Below, in pieces: positions 9,426-18,898 of a stretch of DNA of 64,000 nt. Origin of the DNA: an uncultured Gammaproteobacteria bacterium. Lineage in GTDB: Bacteria; Patescibacteriota; Microgenomatia; Levybacterales; GWA1-39-11. Within the stretch, counting starts at the first letter, position 1, and the number at the start of each line of letters is the position of its first letter. Where the stretch lies: positions 7,525 to 71,524 of the forward strand of contig CAYVAJ010000001.1 in assembly GCA_964448725.1 (NCBI GenBank), given 5' to 3'. The notes under the pieces are model-generated. The model was not told the origin of the DNA and made no database searches. It saw only the letters and a list, made by a program, of their open reading frames with translations. A program made the position numbers and the translations under genes.

Positions 9426-9672
9426 CCCACTCCCCTATCACTACCAATCAAATCCGACGCACTATAGGTGCATCTATTGACCTACACTGCGTCAGATTTG
9501 AAAAAAAACATGGAAAGAAAAAGAGGAAATAAAATCCGCATCTATGTTAAAGTGCGAACCCAAAAACAGAGCGACAAGATTTGCCCTGCGTTAGGTCAAA
9601 CTATGGATATATTATAGCAGAAACTGTCAAGGAGGTCAATGCTATAGGATGTTTTTATATATAAGTAATTTG

Positions 9673-11559
9673 TTAGTTAACTGTCTTTTTAGCAGATTTA
9701 GAGGTTTTTTTCTTGCCATCTGATCTCATAATTGCGTCAAACTCATCACCTTCAAGTTTTTCCTTTTTCAGTAGCTCTAATGCAACATCATCAAGTTTAT
9801 TTTTATGTTTTTTAAGAGTTTCAATCGCTACTTTATACCGATCATCAATAATTTGCCGAATCTCTGTATCAATTTTTGACTGCATCACATCTGACACTTG
9901 GGTACCATCCTCATACCTTCGTACTTGATCATTGTCGAAATTTACTGGACCAATGCTACTCATACCATAATCAACTACCATATTTCTGGCTAGTTGTGTG
10001 GCTTTCTGAATATCGTCTCCTGCTCCAGTTGTCATTTCTTTGAAAATTAATTCTTCTGCAGCACGTCCTCCAAGCATGGTTGAAATATGTTCGAGAAGTC
10101 GGGTTTTTGTTTCGTGTACACGGTCCTGTGCAGGAGGAATTAATGTATGTCCCAAAGACATTCCGCGTGATACAATAGAGATAGTATGTACAGGGTCTGT
10201 ATTAGGCATATAATATGACACTAATGCATGGCCAGCTTCATGATATGCAGTAATTTTTTTATCCTCTTCACTTTGCATACGGCGTTTTTCAGGTCCTAGT
10301 TTTACTTTAGTAGCTGATTCTTCAATATGATGCATATCAATTTCTTTTTTGTTTTCTCGCGCAGCAAAAATTGCTGCTTCGTTAAGCATATTCTCTAAAT
10401 CAGCACCAGAGTATCCAACTGTGCGTCTGGCAACCCGGTCCCAGTCAAGCTCTTTCTTGAACGGTTTTCCTTGTGCATGAATCTTCAAAATTTCTCTACG
10501 TCCCTCAAGATCAGGAAGACCGATCATAATGCGTCTATCAAAACGACCAGGGCGAACTAAGGCAGGATCTAGAATATCTGGTCTGTTTGTTGCAGCCATG
10601 ACAACCAACTGTTCATTAGGGGTGAATCCATCCATTTCTACCAAAATCTGATTAAGTGTCTGCTCACGCTCGTCATGACCACCCATAAGACCCCCCCCTC
10701 GTTGACGGCCTATTGCATCTATCTCATCTATGAAAATAATTGCAGGTTGTGTCTTCTTTGCAGTGACGAAAAGATCACGTGCTCGTGCAGCACCCACACC
10801 AACTAACATTTCCATAAACTCTGAACCTGCTATAGAAATGAATGGTACTTGTGCCTCTCCAGCTACTGCCCGTGCAAGTAATGTTTTTCCAGTACCTGCA
10901 GGTCCTACCAACAATACCCCTTTTGGTGTCCGTGCCCCCATTGCTTGATATTTTTCAGGATGTTTCAAGAAATCTACAATTTCAGTTAATTCTTGCTTCG
11001 CTTCGTCCACACCAGCAACTGAGTCAAATTTTACTTTAGGGAAGTCTTTATTAAATGTTTTACCTTTGTTTGATCCGAAAGAAAAAATGCTTTCCTGCGC
11101 TCCTCTTGCTTGGCGCATTATAAAATAGAAAAACCCAACTAGTAGAAGTACTGGTAAGAGTGACCCTAAAACCCCAATCCAGGTATTTATACCTGCCTCA
11201 TCCTTTACTTGAACATTCACTCTGCTTACATCATTCGGCTCAACACCAGCATTATTGAACACTTCATATATATCTGAGTTTATATCTTTTGTAGAAGTTG
11301 CTCTGTCACCATTTTCATAGGTAATCGTTAATTTACTTCCTGATACTTCAATTGCATCAATTTTATCGTCTTTTACATCTTGAATAACTTGAGAGAGAGG
11401 AATATTTTCTGATTGAGAGAGACCGCTAAATCCACTGAGACCGAAAGTAAAAAGCACAAAGAAAAAGAGCAAGAATCCGTAAAGAATAATATCTTTCCAT
11501 GTAATTCGAAACTTTGATCTTTTCTTTTTTGGGGTTTTCTTTTGTGTGTTCAATTTCAC
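9673..11559 (-). CDS. ftsH: ATP-dependent zinc metalloprotease FtsH
   Basis: N-terminal TM segments, AAA Walker [12 protein letters not shown], and HEAGH zinc motif. 628 aa. Confidence 0.95.
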   Translation of the reverse strand: MKLNTQKKTPKKKRSKFRITWKDIILYGFLLFFFVLFTFGLSGFSGLSQSENIPLSQVIQDVKDDKIDAIEVSGSKLTITYENGDRATSTKDINSDIYEVFNNAGVEPNDVSRVNVQVKDEAGINTWIGVLGSLLPVLLLVGFFYFIMRQARGAQESIFSFGSNKGKTFNKDFPKVKFDSVAGVDEAKQELTEIVDFLKHPEKYQAMGARTPKGVLLVGPAGTGKTLLARAVAGEAQVPFISIAGSEFMEMLVGVGAARARDLFVTAKKTQPAIIFIDEIDAIGRQRGGGLMGGHDEREQTLNQILVEMDGFTPNEQLVVMAATNRPDILDPALVRPGRFDRRIMIGLPDLEGRREILKIHAQGKPFKKELDWDRVARRTVGYSGADLENMLNEAAIFAARENKKEIDMHHIEESATKVKLGPEKRRMQSEEDKKITAYHEAGHALVSYYMPNTDPVHTISIVSRGMSLGHTLIPPAQDRVHETKTRLLEHISTMLGGRAAEELIFKEMTTGAGDDIQKATQLARNMVVDYGMSSIGPVNFDNDQVRRYEDGTQVSDVMQSKIDTEIRQIIDDRYKVAIETLKKHKNKLDDVALELLKKEKLEGDEFDAIMRSDGKKKTSKSAKKTVN

Positions 11560-11638
11560 CTCTGGATTATATCATAAGATTTCGCAGTTGTGAAGCTAAA
11601 GTGATAATTTTACTATCCTCTTACAATTTGGCAGCTTA

Positions 11639-11875
11639 TTATTTGACGGGATCATGACCACCGGCATTTCCAGGTCTGCAACGAAGCACTCGTTGAACTC
11701 CTAACCTAGTACCCTTTATGACTCCGTATTTATCTACTGCCTGGATCATGTAATTTGAACATGTTGGAGTGAATTTACATTGATCATTGGTACCAAATAC
11801 CGTTTGGGCAATACCTTTTGGAATAAAAGACACCGACTGATACGCATAGATAATTAATACAACGAATTTCTTCAT
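11639..11875 (-). CDS. yidD: membrane protein insertion efficiency factor YidD
   Basis: [10 protein letters not shown] ... [21 protein letters not shown] matches the YidD (PF01809) signature. Confidence 0.8.
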   Translation of the reverse strand: MKKFVVLIIYAYQSVSFIPKGIAQTVFGTNDQCKFTPTCSNYMIQAVDKYGVIKGTRLGVQRVLRCRPGNAGGHDPVK

Positions 11876-12147
11876 GAGCGAATAATAGTAAACTCATCAA
11901 ACTTTTCTGTTATCTCTTCCCATTCAACAACAATATTTTTAACTTGGGAAAAGTATGAACCTTCTTCACATAGTCTGATCAGTTGAATAAGTTTTTCTTC
12001 AGGTCCCTGCACTAATGCTTCAACACGTCCGTCTTGTAAGTTCTTTACCCAACCAGTAAGACCAAGTTTGCGTGCGTGATGCCGCGTATTTGCTCTATAT
12101 CCAACCCCTTGAACAAATCCTGATATCCATAAATGTACTTGCTTCAT
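11872..12147 (-). CDS. acyP: acylphosphatase
   Basis: [11 protein letters not shown] and [12 protein letters not shown] acylphosphatase signatures. 91 aa. Confidence 0.85.
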   Translation of the reverse strand: MKQVHLWISGFVQGVGYRANTRHHARKLGLTGWVKNLQDGRVEALVQGPEEKLIQLIRLCEEGSYFSQVKNIVVEWEEITEKFDEFTIIRS

Positions 12148-12174
12148 GAGTGTATTGTATCAAACAAGAGGTGT

Positions 12175-13188
12175 CTACCTTCCAAGACCTACAGCTTCAT
12201 TTACTTTTTTAATAAGAACAGAAGATTTACCACGTGCATAGTGAACTCCCTCGTCTAATATGATGTCAAGCTGTGAAGTATCATGCATCAACTCCGTATA
12301 CCGATGCTGAAATGGAGTAAGGAATGAAACAACTGCATCTGCTAGATCCTGTTTAAATTCTCCATACCCAACCCCTGCATATTGCTTTTCAAGCTCAGAG
12401 ATCGTAATACCGGTAACTACTGAATAAATCGTGAGAAGATTTGAAATAGCAGGTTTATCAGAATTATAAGCAATATCACTTCCTGAATCCGTTACTGCTC
12501 GTTTTATCTTATCCCGCACTGTATCTTCATCATCAAGCAAGAAAATTGCACCGTTTGTATTATTATCAGATTTACTCATCTTTGATAGTGGATCTTGCAG
12601 GCTCATGATTCTACCTGCCTCAGTACTAATTTTAGCTTGTGGGACTTTAAATATTTCACCATATCGCGCATTAAATTTCTCAGCCAGGTCACGAGTGAGT
12701 TCAATATGCTGTTTTTGGTCTTCCCCCACAGGGACGATGTCAGTATGATACAGCAAAATATCTGCTGCCATCAAAACAGGATAGTCAAAAAGACCTGCTG
12801 TAGTTGCATCTTGTTGTTTTTGACTTTTGTCTTTAAATTGCGTCATACGCTCAAGCTGTCCAAATGGTGTTAAACAATTCAGCACCCAAGCAAGATATGA
12901 ATGATCAGGATTTTCAGACTGAATAAAAATATGTGATTTTGCAGGATCAATTCCAGCTGCAATATATATTGCAGCAATTTCGCGATTTTTTTCCCTCAGT
13001 ACTTTTGGATCTTGGTAAACCGTTATAGCATGCAAATCAACAATACAAAAAATTGAATCATACTCGTTTTGCATCTGCTTCCATTGTGAAATAGCCCCTA
13101 TATAATTACCAATATGTAAATCTCCTGAGGGTTGAATACCTGAAAAAATAGTCTTCTTCATATGCTTTATTGTATCAAAATTATACAA
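12175..13188 (-). CDS. trpS: tryptophan--tRNA ligase
   Basis: Class I aaRS. GIQPSGDLHIGNYIG (HIGH-like) and KMSKS. 337 aa fits TrpS size. Confidence 0.9.
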   Translation of the reverse strand: MYNFDTIKHMKKTIFSGIQPSGDLHIGNYIGAISQWKQMQNEYDSIFCIVDLHAITVYQDPKVLREKNREIAAIYIAAGIDPAKSHIFIQSENPDHSYLAWVLNCLTPFGQLERMTQFKDKSQKQQDATTAGLFDYPVLMAADILLYHTDIVPVGEDQKQHIELTRDLAEKFNARYGEIFKVPQAKISTEAGRIMSLQDPLSKMSKSDNNTNGAIFLLDDEDTVRDKIKRAVTDSGSDIAYNSDKPAISNLLTIYSVVTGITISELEKQYAGVGYGEFKQDLADAVVSFLTPFQHRYTELMHDTSQLDIILDEGVHYARGKSSVLIKKVNEAVGLGR

Positions 13189-13238
13189 GATAAAAAGCTT
13201 TTACTTGACAGAAAAACTAAAAATACGTTACGCTGACT

Positions 13239-13814
13239 ATGAATATGGATCATGATGCTGAAATACCAAACTCTACAGATAAAAGAGAAGTGCGCTTACA
13301 ACCAATTCTCCCTATTTCAGAGAATGGACCTAAAGACACTCAAACTGACTTACATACGGAAGAAAGTGTTCAACAGGATGAAAAACAAATTAATATTATA
13401 CGTAAGATGCTCAATAAATTAATTGGAAAAAACCAGGAAACTACTCCATCTCCGACACCAGTACTAAATTCTGAACAAGAAATAGAAAATCAGGATTCTT
13501 CACAAAAATCATTTGAACCAGAATGGGTAAAGAGAGCAAAAGCAGGAGAACTCCCACCGAATGATTATACTAGTGAAGTAATGCGAAGCCAGCCACCTAA
13601 TCAATCAGTGTCTTCTCAACCCATAGAAGAAGCGGCTGGACAGAATGATTTAATAACCAGTAGTGAGGAAGTAAAAGCAAAAATAAGAGAGCAGTTAGCT
13701 ACTTCCGCTCCTTCCGGACTTGCGAGTCGTATTCAACCACAAGAAGAAGAATCTCGTGGTCCACGGTGGCTAGAAATACAAAAAGAAAAAGGACAAGGAA
13801 AGATAACTGGATAA
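13239..13814 (+). CDS. hypothetical low-complexity acidic/Gln-Ser-rich protein
   Basis: 191-aa ORF with no motif. Disordered composition. Confidence 0.3.
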   Translation: MNMDHDAEIPNSTDKREVRLQPILPISENGPKDTQTDLHTEESVQQDEKQINIIRKMLNKLIGKNQETTPSPTPVLNSEQEIENQDSSQKSFEPEWVKRAKAGELPPNDYTSEVMRSQPPNQSVSSQPIEEAAGQNDLITSSEEVKAKIREQLATSAPSGLASRIQPQEEESRGPRWLEIQKEKGQGKITG

Positions 13815-13818
13815 CAAT

Positions 13819-15018
13819 TTACTGAGACAACCACTCTTTTTTTAATATATCTAATGTACCTTCCTCAATAGCACTGCGAATTTTTGCCATTAAATCTGCA
13901 TAAAATGCAAGGTTGTGGTATGTAAGCAATCGATATCCCAATAATTCCCTTGCTTTAAAAAGATGGTGAATATATGCTTTAGTATATTTTTGACATACCA
14001 TACACGGACAATCTTTTGATAACGGCTCCATTAATCCATTATTCAATGATTTCGAGATATCTTTTCTAAATCTATTTTGAGGATTTCCTTCTGGCGGATA
14101 AGTAAAATACCATCCCATCCGTGCAACTCTTGTCGGAATCACACAGTCAAAAGTATCAATTCCCAGTTCTACAATATGGAAAATATCATCAATTTCTCCT
14201 ACTCCTAGCATGTGTTTTGGCTTATTTTCGTCAACATTATCAACTGTCCAACGAACGACATCGTACATATTCTCTTTACTCTCATGTGCACCACCAAGAG
14301 CAATCGCATCGAAGTATTTATCATTGAATTTTGCTGATTCGATTCTTAGATCTTCAAATCTTCCGCCATGTGTAACACCATATAATAGCTGATCAGTTCT
14401 TTTATGGGCATTTTTAGAGCGCACAAGCCACTTTTCAGTAAGATCTGATGATTTCTTTGTTTCTTCATAACTATACTTAGGTGACTCAAGGTCATCAAAG
14501 GCAACAATAAGATCTGCTCCAATTTTTTCCTGAATAGCAATTGATATTTCAGGAGAAAGAAAAAGTGGTGTGCCATCAATATGAGACTGGAAATGGACAC
14601 CTTCCTCAGTAATCTTATTTAATCGTGGCTTACCAGTATTGTCTTCATTTTCTCGCAAAAGCTTTCCTACCCCTTGTTCAAGCGCCACACCGAGTGAGAA
14701 GACTTGGAATCCACCGCTATCAGTCATCGTTGGTCCATTCCAGTTCATCATAGGAGCCAGTCCTCCATGTTCATTGATAATATCTTCTCCCGGTCTAATA
14801 TGGAGATGGTAGGTATTAGCAAGAACAATATCAAGACCAACTTCACGTAAATCGTCACCATCAAGTGCTTTTACCGAACCTTGGGTGCCTACTGCACAGA
14901 AATTTGGTGTTCTCACTACTCCATGCGGAGTATGAATTTCACCAGTACGTGCTTTAGTATTTTTATCTTTTGTTTTGATAGTAAACGAGACAGAAGTAGT
15001 CATCTGGGTATTATACAA
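13819..15018 (-). CDS. tgt: queuine tRNA-ribosyltransferase
   Basis: TPHGVVRTPNF, TNTYHL, zinc site CPCMVCQKYTKAYIHHL. Confidence 0.9.
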   Translation of the reverse strand: MYNTQMTTSVSFTIKTKDKNTKARTGEIHTPHGVVRTPNFCAVGTQGSVKALDGDDLREVGLDIVLANTYHLHIRPGEDIINEHGGLAPMMNWNGPTMTDSGGFQVFSLGVALEQGVGKLLRENEDNTGKPRLNKITEEGVHFQSHIDGTPLFLSPEISIAIQEKIGADLIVAFDDLESPKYSYEETKKSSDLTEKWLVRSKNAHKRTDQLLYGVTHGGRFEDLRIESAKFNDKYFDAIALGGAHESKENMYDVVRWTVDNVDENKPKHMLGVGEIDDIFHIVELGIDTFDCVIPTRVARMGWYFTYPPEGNPQNRFRKDISKSLNNGLMEPLSKDCPCMVCQKYTKAYIHHLFKARELLGYRLLTYHNLAFYADLMAKIRSAIEEGTLDILKKEWLSQ

Positions 15019-15021
15019 GAT

Positions 15022-16422
15022 TTAGAGGCTATTTACTGCTTTCTGGAACTGAATTCCTCGGTCTTTATAGTCTTTGAACATATCAAAACTCGCACACGCA
15101 GGTGATAACAATACTACATCTCCTGGTTCTGCTACCTCTGCTGCCTTCTGTACTACTTCATCAAGAGAGGATAATCCTTCAATAATTTGAAAATGCCAAT
15201 CATTAATCTGTTCTTTTATCCGTGGCCATTCTGAACCTATCCCAATAATTGCTTTTATATTTTCTGACTTTCCAATAACTTCTCCAAGCATTGTAAAATC
15301 ACTATTTTTACTTGAACCTCCAAGTATGAGAATTTCAGGGTCTTCAAATGCCAGTATCGCTGCTTGGGCTGTTTCAGGAGTTGTTGAGAACGAATCGTCA
15401 TAATATCGTACTCCTTTAACAGTTTTTACTAATTCCAATCTATGTTCTAATCCTTTAAATGTCTTGAGAATGTCCGTGACTGATTCCTTTGAGACGTTAG
15501 CAAGCGTTGCAGCCATGACTGCTGCACATACATTTTCCCAATTGTGTTTACCAGGAAGCGCAATGTCTTTAGTATCTATAATTATTTCTTCTAAATTCTG
15601 CTTTTTATTTTTTGTACTTTCAGCTTGAGAGGCATTACGTATAACAACTTTATTATTTTGAATGTAACACCCTTGTTCTACTTCCTGTTCTCGTGATACA
15701 AAATACAGTTTTGCATCAGTGTGTGTATCGGATTCATTGCTTGCTGGATAATCTTTATTTAAGACTGCGAAATCTTTAACAGTTTGATATTTCAATATAT
15801 TCCTCTTTGCCTCTACATATTCATAAATATCTTTGTGATAATCCAAATGCTCTGCAGTTACCATCAGCATTACAGCGATATGAGGACTTTTTTCAAGATC
15901 AATTAATTGGAAGCTCGAAAGCTCAAGCATGACAACACTTTCTTGAGATAATTTTTCAATAAAATCAAGTGCAGGAGTTCCAATATTGCCACCAATATAT
16001 GCATCTCGTCCGTCAGCTTTGAGCATTTTATAAATAAGCGTAGCAGTTGTCCCTTTTCCCTTTGTACCAGTTACTCCAATAATAGGACAAGGACAGAGGT
16101 CAAAAAACAACTTTGTTACAGACGTGATTTTTTTTCCTTTCTCAAGGAGATACTGTAATTCGGGATTTTTCAAACTCACACCAGGGGATCGAACAATAAT
16201 ATCAAATTGTAATAAATCAGGATATTTTCCAAAGACAAATTGTATTCCTTTTCCTTTTAGACTTTGAATAATAGTAGGATCAAATTCACTTTCTAATTTT
16301 TTATCTACTACGGTAACCAAGGCTCCATTTCTCATTAAAAAATTAACAGCAGATACGCCTTCCACACCAAACCCTACTACTGCTACTGATTTATTGGAAA
16401 AATTTGCTATATATGAAGCCAT
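15022..16422 (-). CDS. murD: UDP-N-acetylmuramoylalanine--D-glutamate ligase MurD
   Basis: VAVVGFGVEG Rossmann N-terminus, GVTGTKGKGTT Mur ligase P-loop. 466 aa. Confidence 0.9.
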   Translation of the reverse strand: MASYIANFSNKSVAVVGFGVEGVSAVNFLMRNGALVTVVDKKLESEFDPTIIQSLKGKGIQFVFGKYPDLLQFDIIVRSPGVSLKNPELQYLLEKGKKITSVTKLFFDLCPCPIIGVTGTKGKGTTATLIYKMLKADGRDAYIGGNIGTPALDFIEKLSQESVVMLELSSFQLIDLEKSPHIAVMLMVTAEHLDYHKDIYEYVEAKRNILKYQTVKDFAVLNKDYPASNESDTHTDAKLYFVSREQEVEQGCYIQNNKVVIRNASQAESTKNKKQNLEEIIIDTKDIALPGKHNWENVCAAVMAATLANVSKESVTDILKTFKGLEHRLELVKTVKGVRYYDDSFSTTPETAQAAILAFEDPEILILGGSSKNSDFTMLGEVIGKSENIKAIIGIGSEWPRIKEQINDWHFQIIEGLSSLDEVVQKAAEVAEPGDVVLLSPACASFDMFKDYKDRGIQFQKAVNSL

Positions 16423-16449
16423 AGAGGTAATTCTGTATATTTAATTATG

Positions 16450-16524
16450 TGGCTGGAGCGGGGATCGAACCCGCGACCGCCGCGTTATGAATGCGGTGCT
16501 ACGAACCAGCCGAGCTCTCCAGCC
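16450..16524 (-). tRNA. tRNA-Met(CAT) elongator-type (could be tRNA-Ile2 if lysidinylated)
   Basis: Minus-strand GGCTGGA-GA-GCTC...CCGCA-TTCATAA-CGCGG...GCGGG-TTCGATC-CCCGC-TCCAGCC-A. Perfect acceptor and T arms. Anticodon CAT. G1-C72. No encoded CCA. Confidence 0.8.
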
Positions 16525-16633
16525 TTTAGGCATTCATTTTACCATACTTATGCATCATTTTGAAGCAGAGGGTTGCTTGACAATAGATTCATTTTTCACG
16601 TAAAATTAATAATTGTAATAAACGTGTAATATT

Positions 16634-17005
16634 ATGTTAGAAACAGTTTTCGGAGGATTTTTAGGATTCTCTCTTTTCACTCTTACATCTCATCCAGATT
16701 CACCGATTAGCGGAAAATTCCCTTCTAAAAAACTCTGGCGTTTTCATATCTCTCCTGAAGTAAAAGTACAACTTCGAAATACTTTTGTACATCTTCATCA
16801 TTGGCTCATTTTTGTCGGTGTGTACCTCTTTATTCAAACAACAGAGAAAGCATTTCTTCAATCAGATGTAGTACAAGGATTTGTAATTGGAAGCATTGCA
16901 CAAGGGCTCACTTATGAAGATCGTTTTATGGTGTTTTATAATGCCACTACCCAAAAGATTCGAGGAAAACGAGAGTTCCTACAGACTAACACACTGGGCA
17001 AATAA
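16634..17005 (+). CDS. hypothetical protein with N-terminal hydrophobic segment
   Basis: 123-aa ORF. Possible -35/-10 (TTGACA-17-GTAAAAT) upstream at about 16571. Confidence 0.3.
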   Translation: MLETVFGGFLGFSLFTLTSHPDSPISGKFPSKKLWRFHISPEVKVQLRNTFVHLHHWLIFVGVYLFIQTTEKAFLQSDVVQGFVIGSIAQGLTYEDRFMVFYNATTQKIRGKREFLQTNTLGK

Positions 17006-17075
17006 ATATTCCAATTCTTTTAATTTTCTAAAAAACGTTCATACATAATCTCAACACAACAGCCATGTTTAATAT

Positions 17076-17150
17076 GGCGGAGGAGGCCGGATTTCCCTCA
17101 AGGGGACTGCCTCGATGGACATCGGGGAGGGCTTCTCATTCCGCTTTTTG
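17076..17150 (-). other. tRNA-Ser(GGA)-trailing element: two hairpins plus a copy of the tRNA 3' terminus (AATCCgGCCTCCTCCGCCA)
   Basis: Minus-strand sequence directly 3' of tRNA-Ser(GGA): GGAATGAGAAG, hairpin CGATG-tc-CATCG, hairpin TCCCCttgAGGGA, then a near-exact repeat of the last 18 nt of the tRNA including GCCA. Confidence 0.5.
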
Positions 17151-17234
17151 CGGAGGAGGCGGGATTCGAACCCGCGAGAGCTTGCGCTCGCACGCTTTCC
17201 AAGCGTGTGGAATAGTCCACTATCCGACTCCTCC
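17151..17234 (-). tRNA. tRNA-Ser(GGA)
   Basis: Class II tRNA with long variable arm. Acceptor GGAGGAG/CTCCTCC. Anticodon loop TTGGAAA. T arm GCGGG-TTCGAAT-CCCGC. Discriminator G. Confidence 0.85.
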
Positions 17235-17245
17235 TAGCTAGCTTA

Positions 17246-17683
17246 TCAGAGACTATTTACTATTTTTTTAATTTGCGGCAATAACTTTCTATACATTTTC
17301 TTAGCGTTATCATAGGTAAGTTTCTGTTCTACTTCATCCAATACCACCCACTCAACATTTTCCATTTCATGATCTTTCTCAGCAAAATCTCCACCAAGAT
17401 GTTTCATGATAAAGTAAAAAACAGTTTTTTTTCTACGTTCACCATTCCATTTGTACCAGTAAGTTTCTTCACCTGCCTCTTCTAGAATCTCTGCGTTTAT
17501 GCCTGTTTCTTCTTTTACTTCTCGTACCGCAGTAGCTTCTTTTGATTCACCTTCTTGCTTATCTCCAATATGACCTTTGGGAAATCCCCACCCATGATGC
17601 TGTGCATGCTGTGCCATTAACACAAAAACTTTATCTTGTTCTTTTTTCAGGACTATTCCACCTGCAGAGAATTCTTGTTTCAT
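17246..17683 (-). CDS. NUDIX hydrolase
   Basis: Nudix box GHIGDKQEGESKEATAVREVKEETGI (GX5EX7REVXEEXGU). Confidence 0.85.
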   Translation of the reverse strand: MKQEFSAGGIVLKKEQDKVFVLMAQHAQHHGWGFPKGHIGDKQEGESKEATAVREVKEETGINAEILEEAGEETYWYKWNGERRKKTVFYFIMKHLGGDFAEKDHEMENVEWVVLDEVEQKLTYDNAKKMYRKLLPQIKKIVNSL

Positions 17684-17749
17684 AATAAAATTGCTAAATT
17701 ATACACAAAAATAGAAAGTGCCTTCAGCGGGAATTTTTGCAACCACTTG

Positions 17750-17822
17750 TACACCTGAGAGGATTCGAACCTCCAACCGCTAGATCCGGAATCTAGTGCT
17801 CTATCCATTAAGCTACAGGTGC
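17750..17822 (-). tRNA. tRNA-Arg(CCG)
   Basis: GCACCTG-TA-GCTT..GAGC-A-CTAGA-TTCCGGA-TCTAG...TTGGAGG? T arm GGAGG-TTCGAAT-CCTCT with acceptor CAGGTGT-A. Anticodon CCG. 73 nt. Confidence 0.8.
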
Positions 17823-17889
17823 GTCACATTTCTCTCCGGCTCTGCCATGCAGAGATTTTCTTTCCTTATAAAGTCCTCAGTGTGATAAA

Positions 17890-17964
17890 GGCGGAGGGTA
17901 CAGGATTTCCCCCGAGGGGATAGCCATTGCATGGCTGACTTCTCATCCTGCACTCTCCTCTTTG
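17890..17964 (-). other. tRNA-Ser(CGA)-trailing element, homologous to the one after tRNA-Ser(GGA), ending in a copy of this tRNA's 3' terminus
   Basis: Minus strand: GGATGAGAAG, hairpin AGCCATgcaATGGCT, hairpin TCCCCtcgGGGGA, then AATCCTGTACCCTCCGCC identical to the 3' end of the adjacent tRNA-Ser(CGA). Confidence 0.5.
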
Positions 17965-18053
17965 CGGAGGGTACAGGATTCGAACCTGTGGATCCGTCAG
18001 TTGGCGGATCGAGTTTTCGAAACTCGTGCAATTGGCCACTATGCGAACCCTCC
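17965..18053 (-). tRNA. tRNA-Ser(CGA)
   Basis: Class II tRNA. Acceptor GGAGGGT/ACCCTCC. Anticodon loop TTCGAAA (anticodon CGA). T arm ACAGG-TTCGAAT-CCTGT. Long variable arm. Discriminator G. Confidence 0.85.
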
Positions 18054-18118
18054 CTCAGTAACATTTCTTCAGAGCATGCCTTTTCTTGGAAAGGTTTACA
18101 CTGAGCATAATGAATATG

Positions 18119-18190
18119 TGCTCCTGGCGAGAATCGAACTCACATCAGAGGATCCGCAATCCCCCATTCTATCCGTTGAACTACAGGAGC
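18119..18190 (-). tRNA. tRNA-Arg(GCG)
   Basis: GCTCCTG-TA-GTTC-AACGGATA-GAAT-G-GGGGA-TTGCGGA-TCCTC-TGAT-GTGAG-TTCGATT-CTCGC-CAGGAGC-A. Anticodon GCG with G37. Archaeal-style anticodon for CGN codons. Confidence 0.7.
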
Positions 18191-18288
18191 GTATGATGAC
18201 ATTCCACATCCGAATATTCACACTAACAAGTTTTACTCGGTGTATTACTCAGGGTATTGTATCACAATTTGAGGGTAAAATAAGAGGT

Positions 18289-18870
18289 TTATCGTCCTTC
18301 TAATGGAAAGTTCTTTGATAACCAATCAGCACTTTGCTCAACAAAAGTCGGCTTAACATACTCACGATATGGTAGAAAATTAACTAAAATGCGACGAACA
18401 TGTTCTCGAGGAATTGATCCCAGTGTCAATTTTAGCTCACCAGGAAGTAGAACTTCTGTTCTCACAATCAATGTATCGCTATGATCTACCTCTTTAAAGT
18501 AGAAATCATACATTTCTGACCAAATGTAAAAATGGTCCTCTACTCTAATTCCTTCAGAAGTAATCTTATAATGAAAATCTTTGGGAGGAATTGTGTACAG
18601 CACAAGAGATAAAAAAACAAGAGCAAGCACAACTACCATAAGCGGATACCATGAGAAAAGAAAGAGAATAATCTCCACTAAAAGCATGAGTAAAATTATC
18701 GTTGCATAGAACTGTCTGCCCTTTTTTGTAAATGGTCTACCAGGAGCACTCCAGGAAAGATAGGTATGTACATCATTGTACATAGGGAAATTATTCTCTT
18801 GTACGTATTGTTTAGAATTATCATTACCCTCCATACTACTATGATGCACCAAAAATGGGACAAAAAGCAA
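18289..18870 (-). CDS. hypothetical membrane protein
   Basis: 193-aa ORF with two central TM helices and a soluble C-terminal domain. No motif. Confidence 0.4.
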   Translation of the reverse strand: MLFVPFLVHHSSMEGNDNSKQYVQENNFPMYNDVHTYLSWSAPGRPFTKKGRQFYATIILLMLLVEIILFLFSWYPLMVVVLALVFLSLVLYTIPPKDFHYKITSEGIRVEDHFYIWSEMYDFYFKEVDHSDTLIVRTEVLLPGELKLTLGSIPREHVRRILVNFLPYREYVKPTFVEQSADWLSKNFPLEGR

Positions 18871-18898
18871 GTAGAGGAGAACTAAAAATCACTTGCTT

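Noticed and set aside
9560-9672. Strong Shine-Dalgarno (AAGGAGGT) followed by tiny ORFs just downstream of the ftsH stop
   Set aside because: Resulting peptides are 2-24 aa and overlap ftsH antisense. No evidence for function. Noted only as a possible stray RBS-like sequence.
17813-18303. ORFs 17813..18064(-) and 17962..18303(+)
   Set aside because: They run straight through tRNA-Arg(CCG), tRNA-Ser(CGA) and tRNA-Arg(GCG). Artefacts of the six-frame scan.
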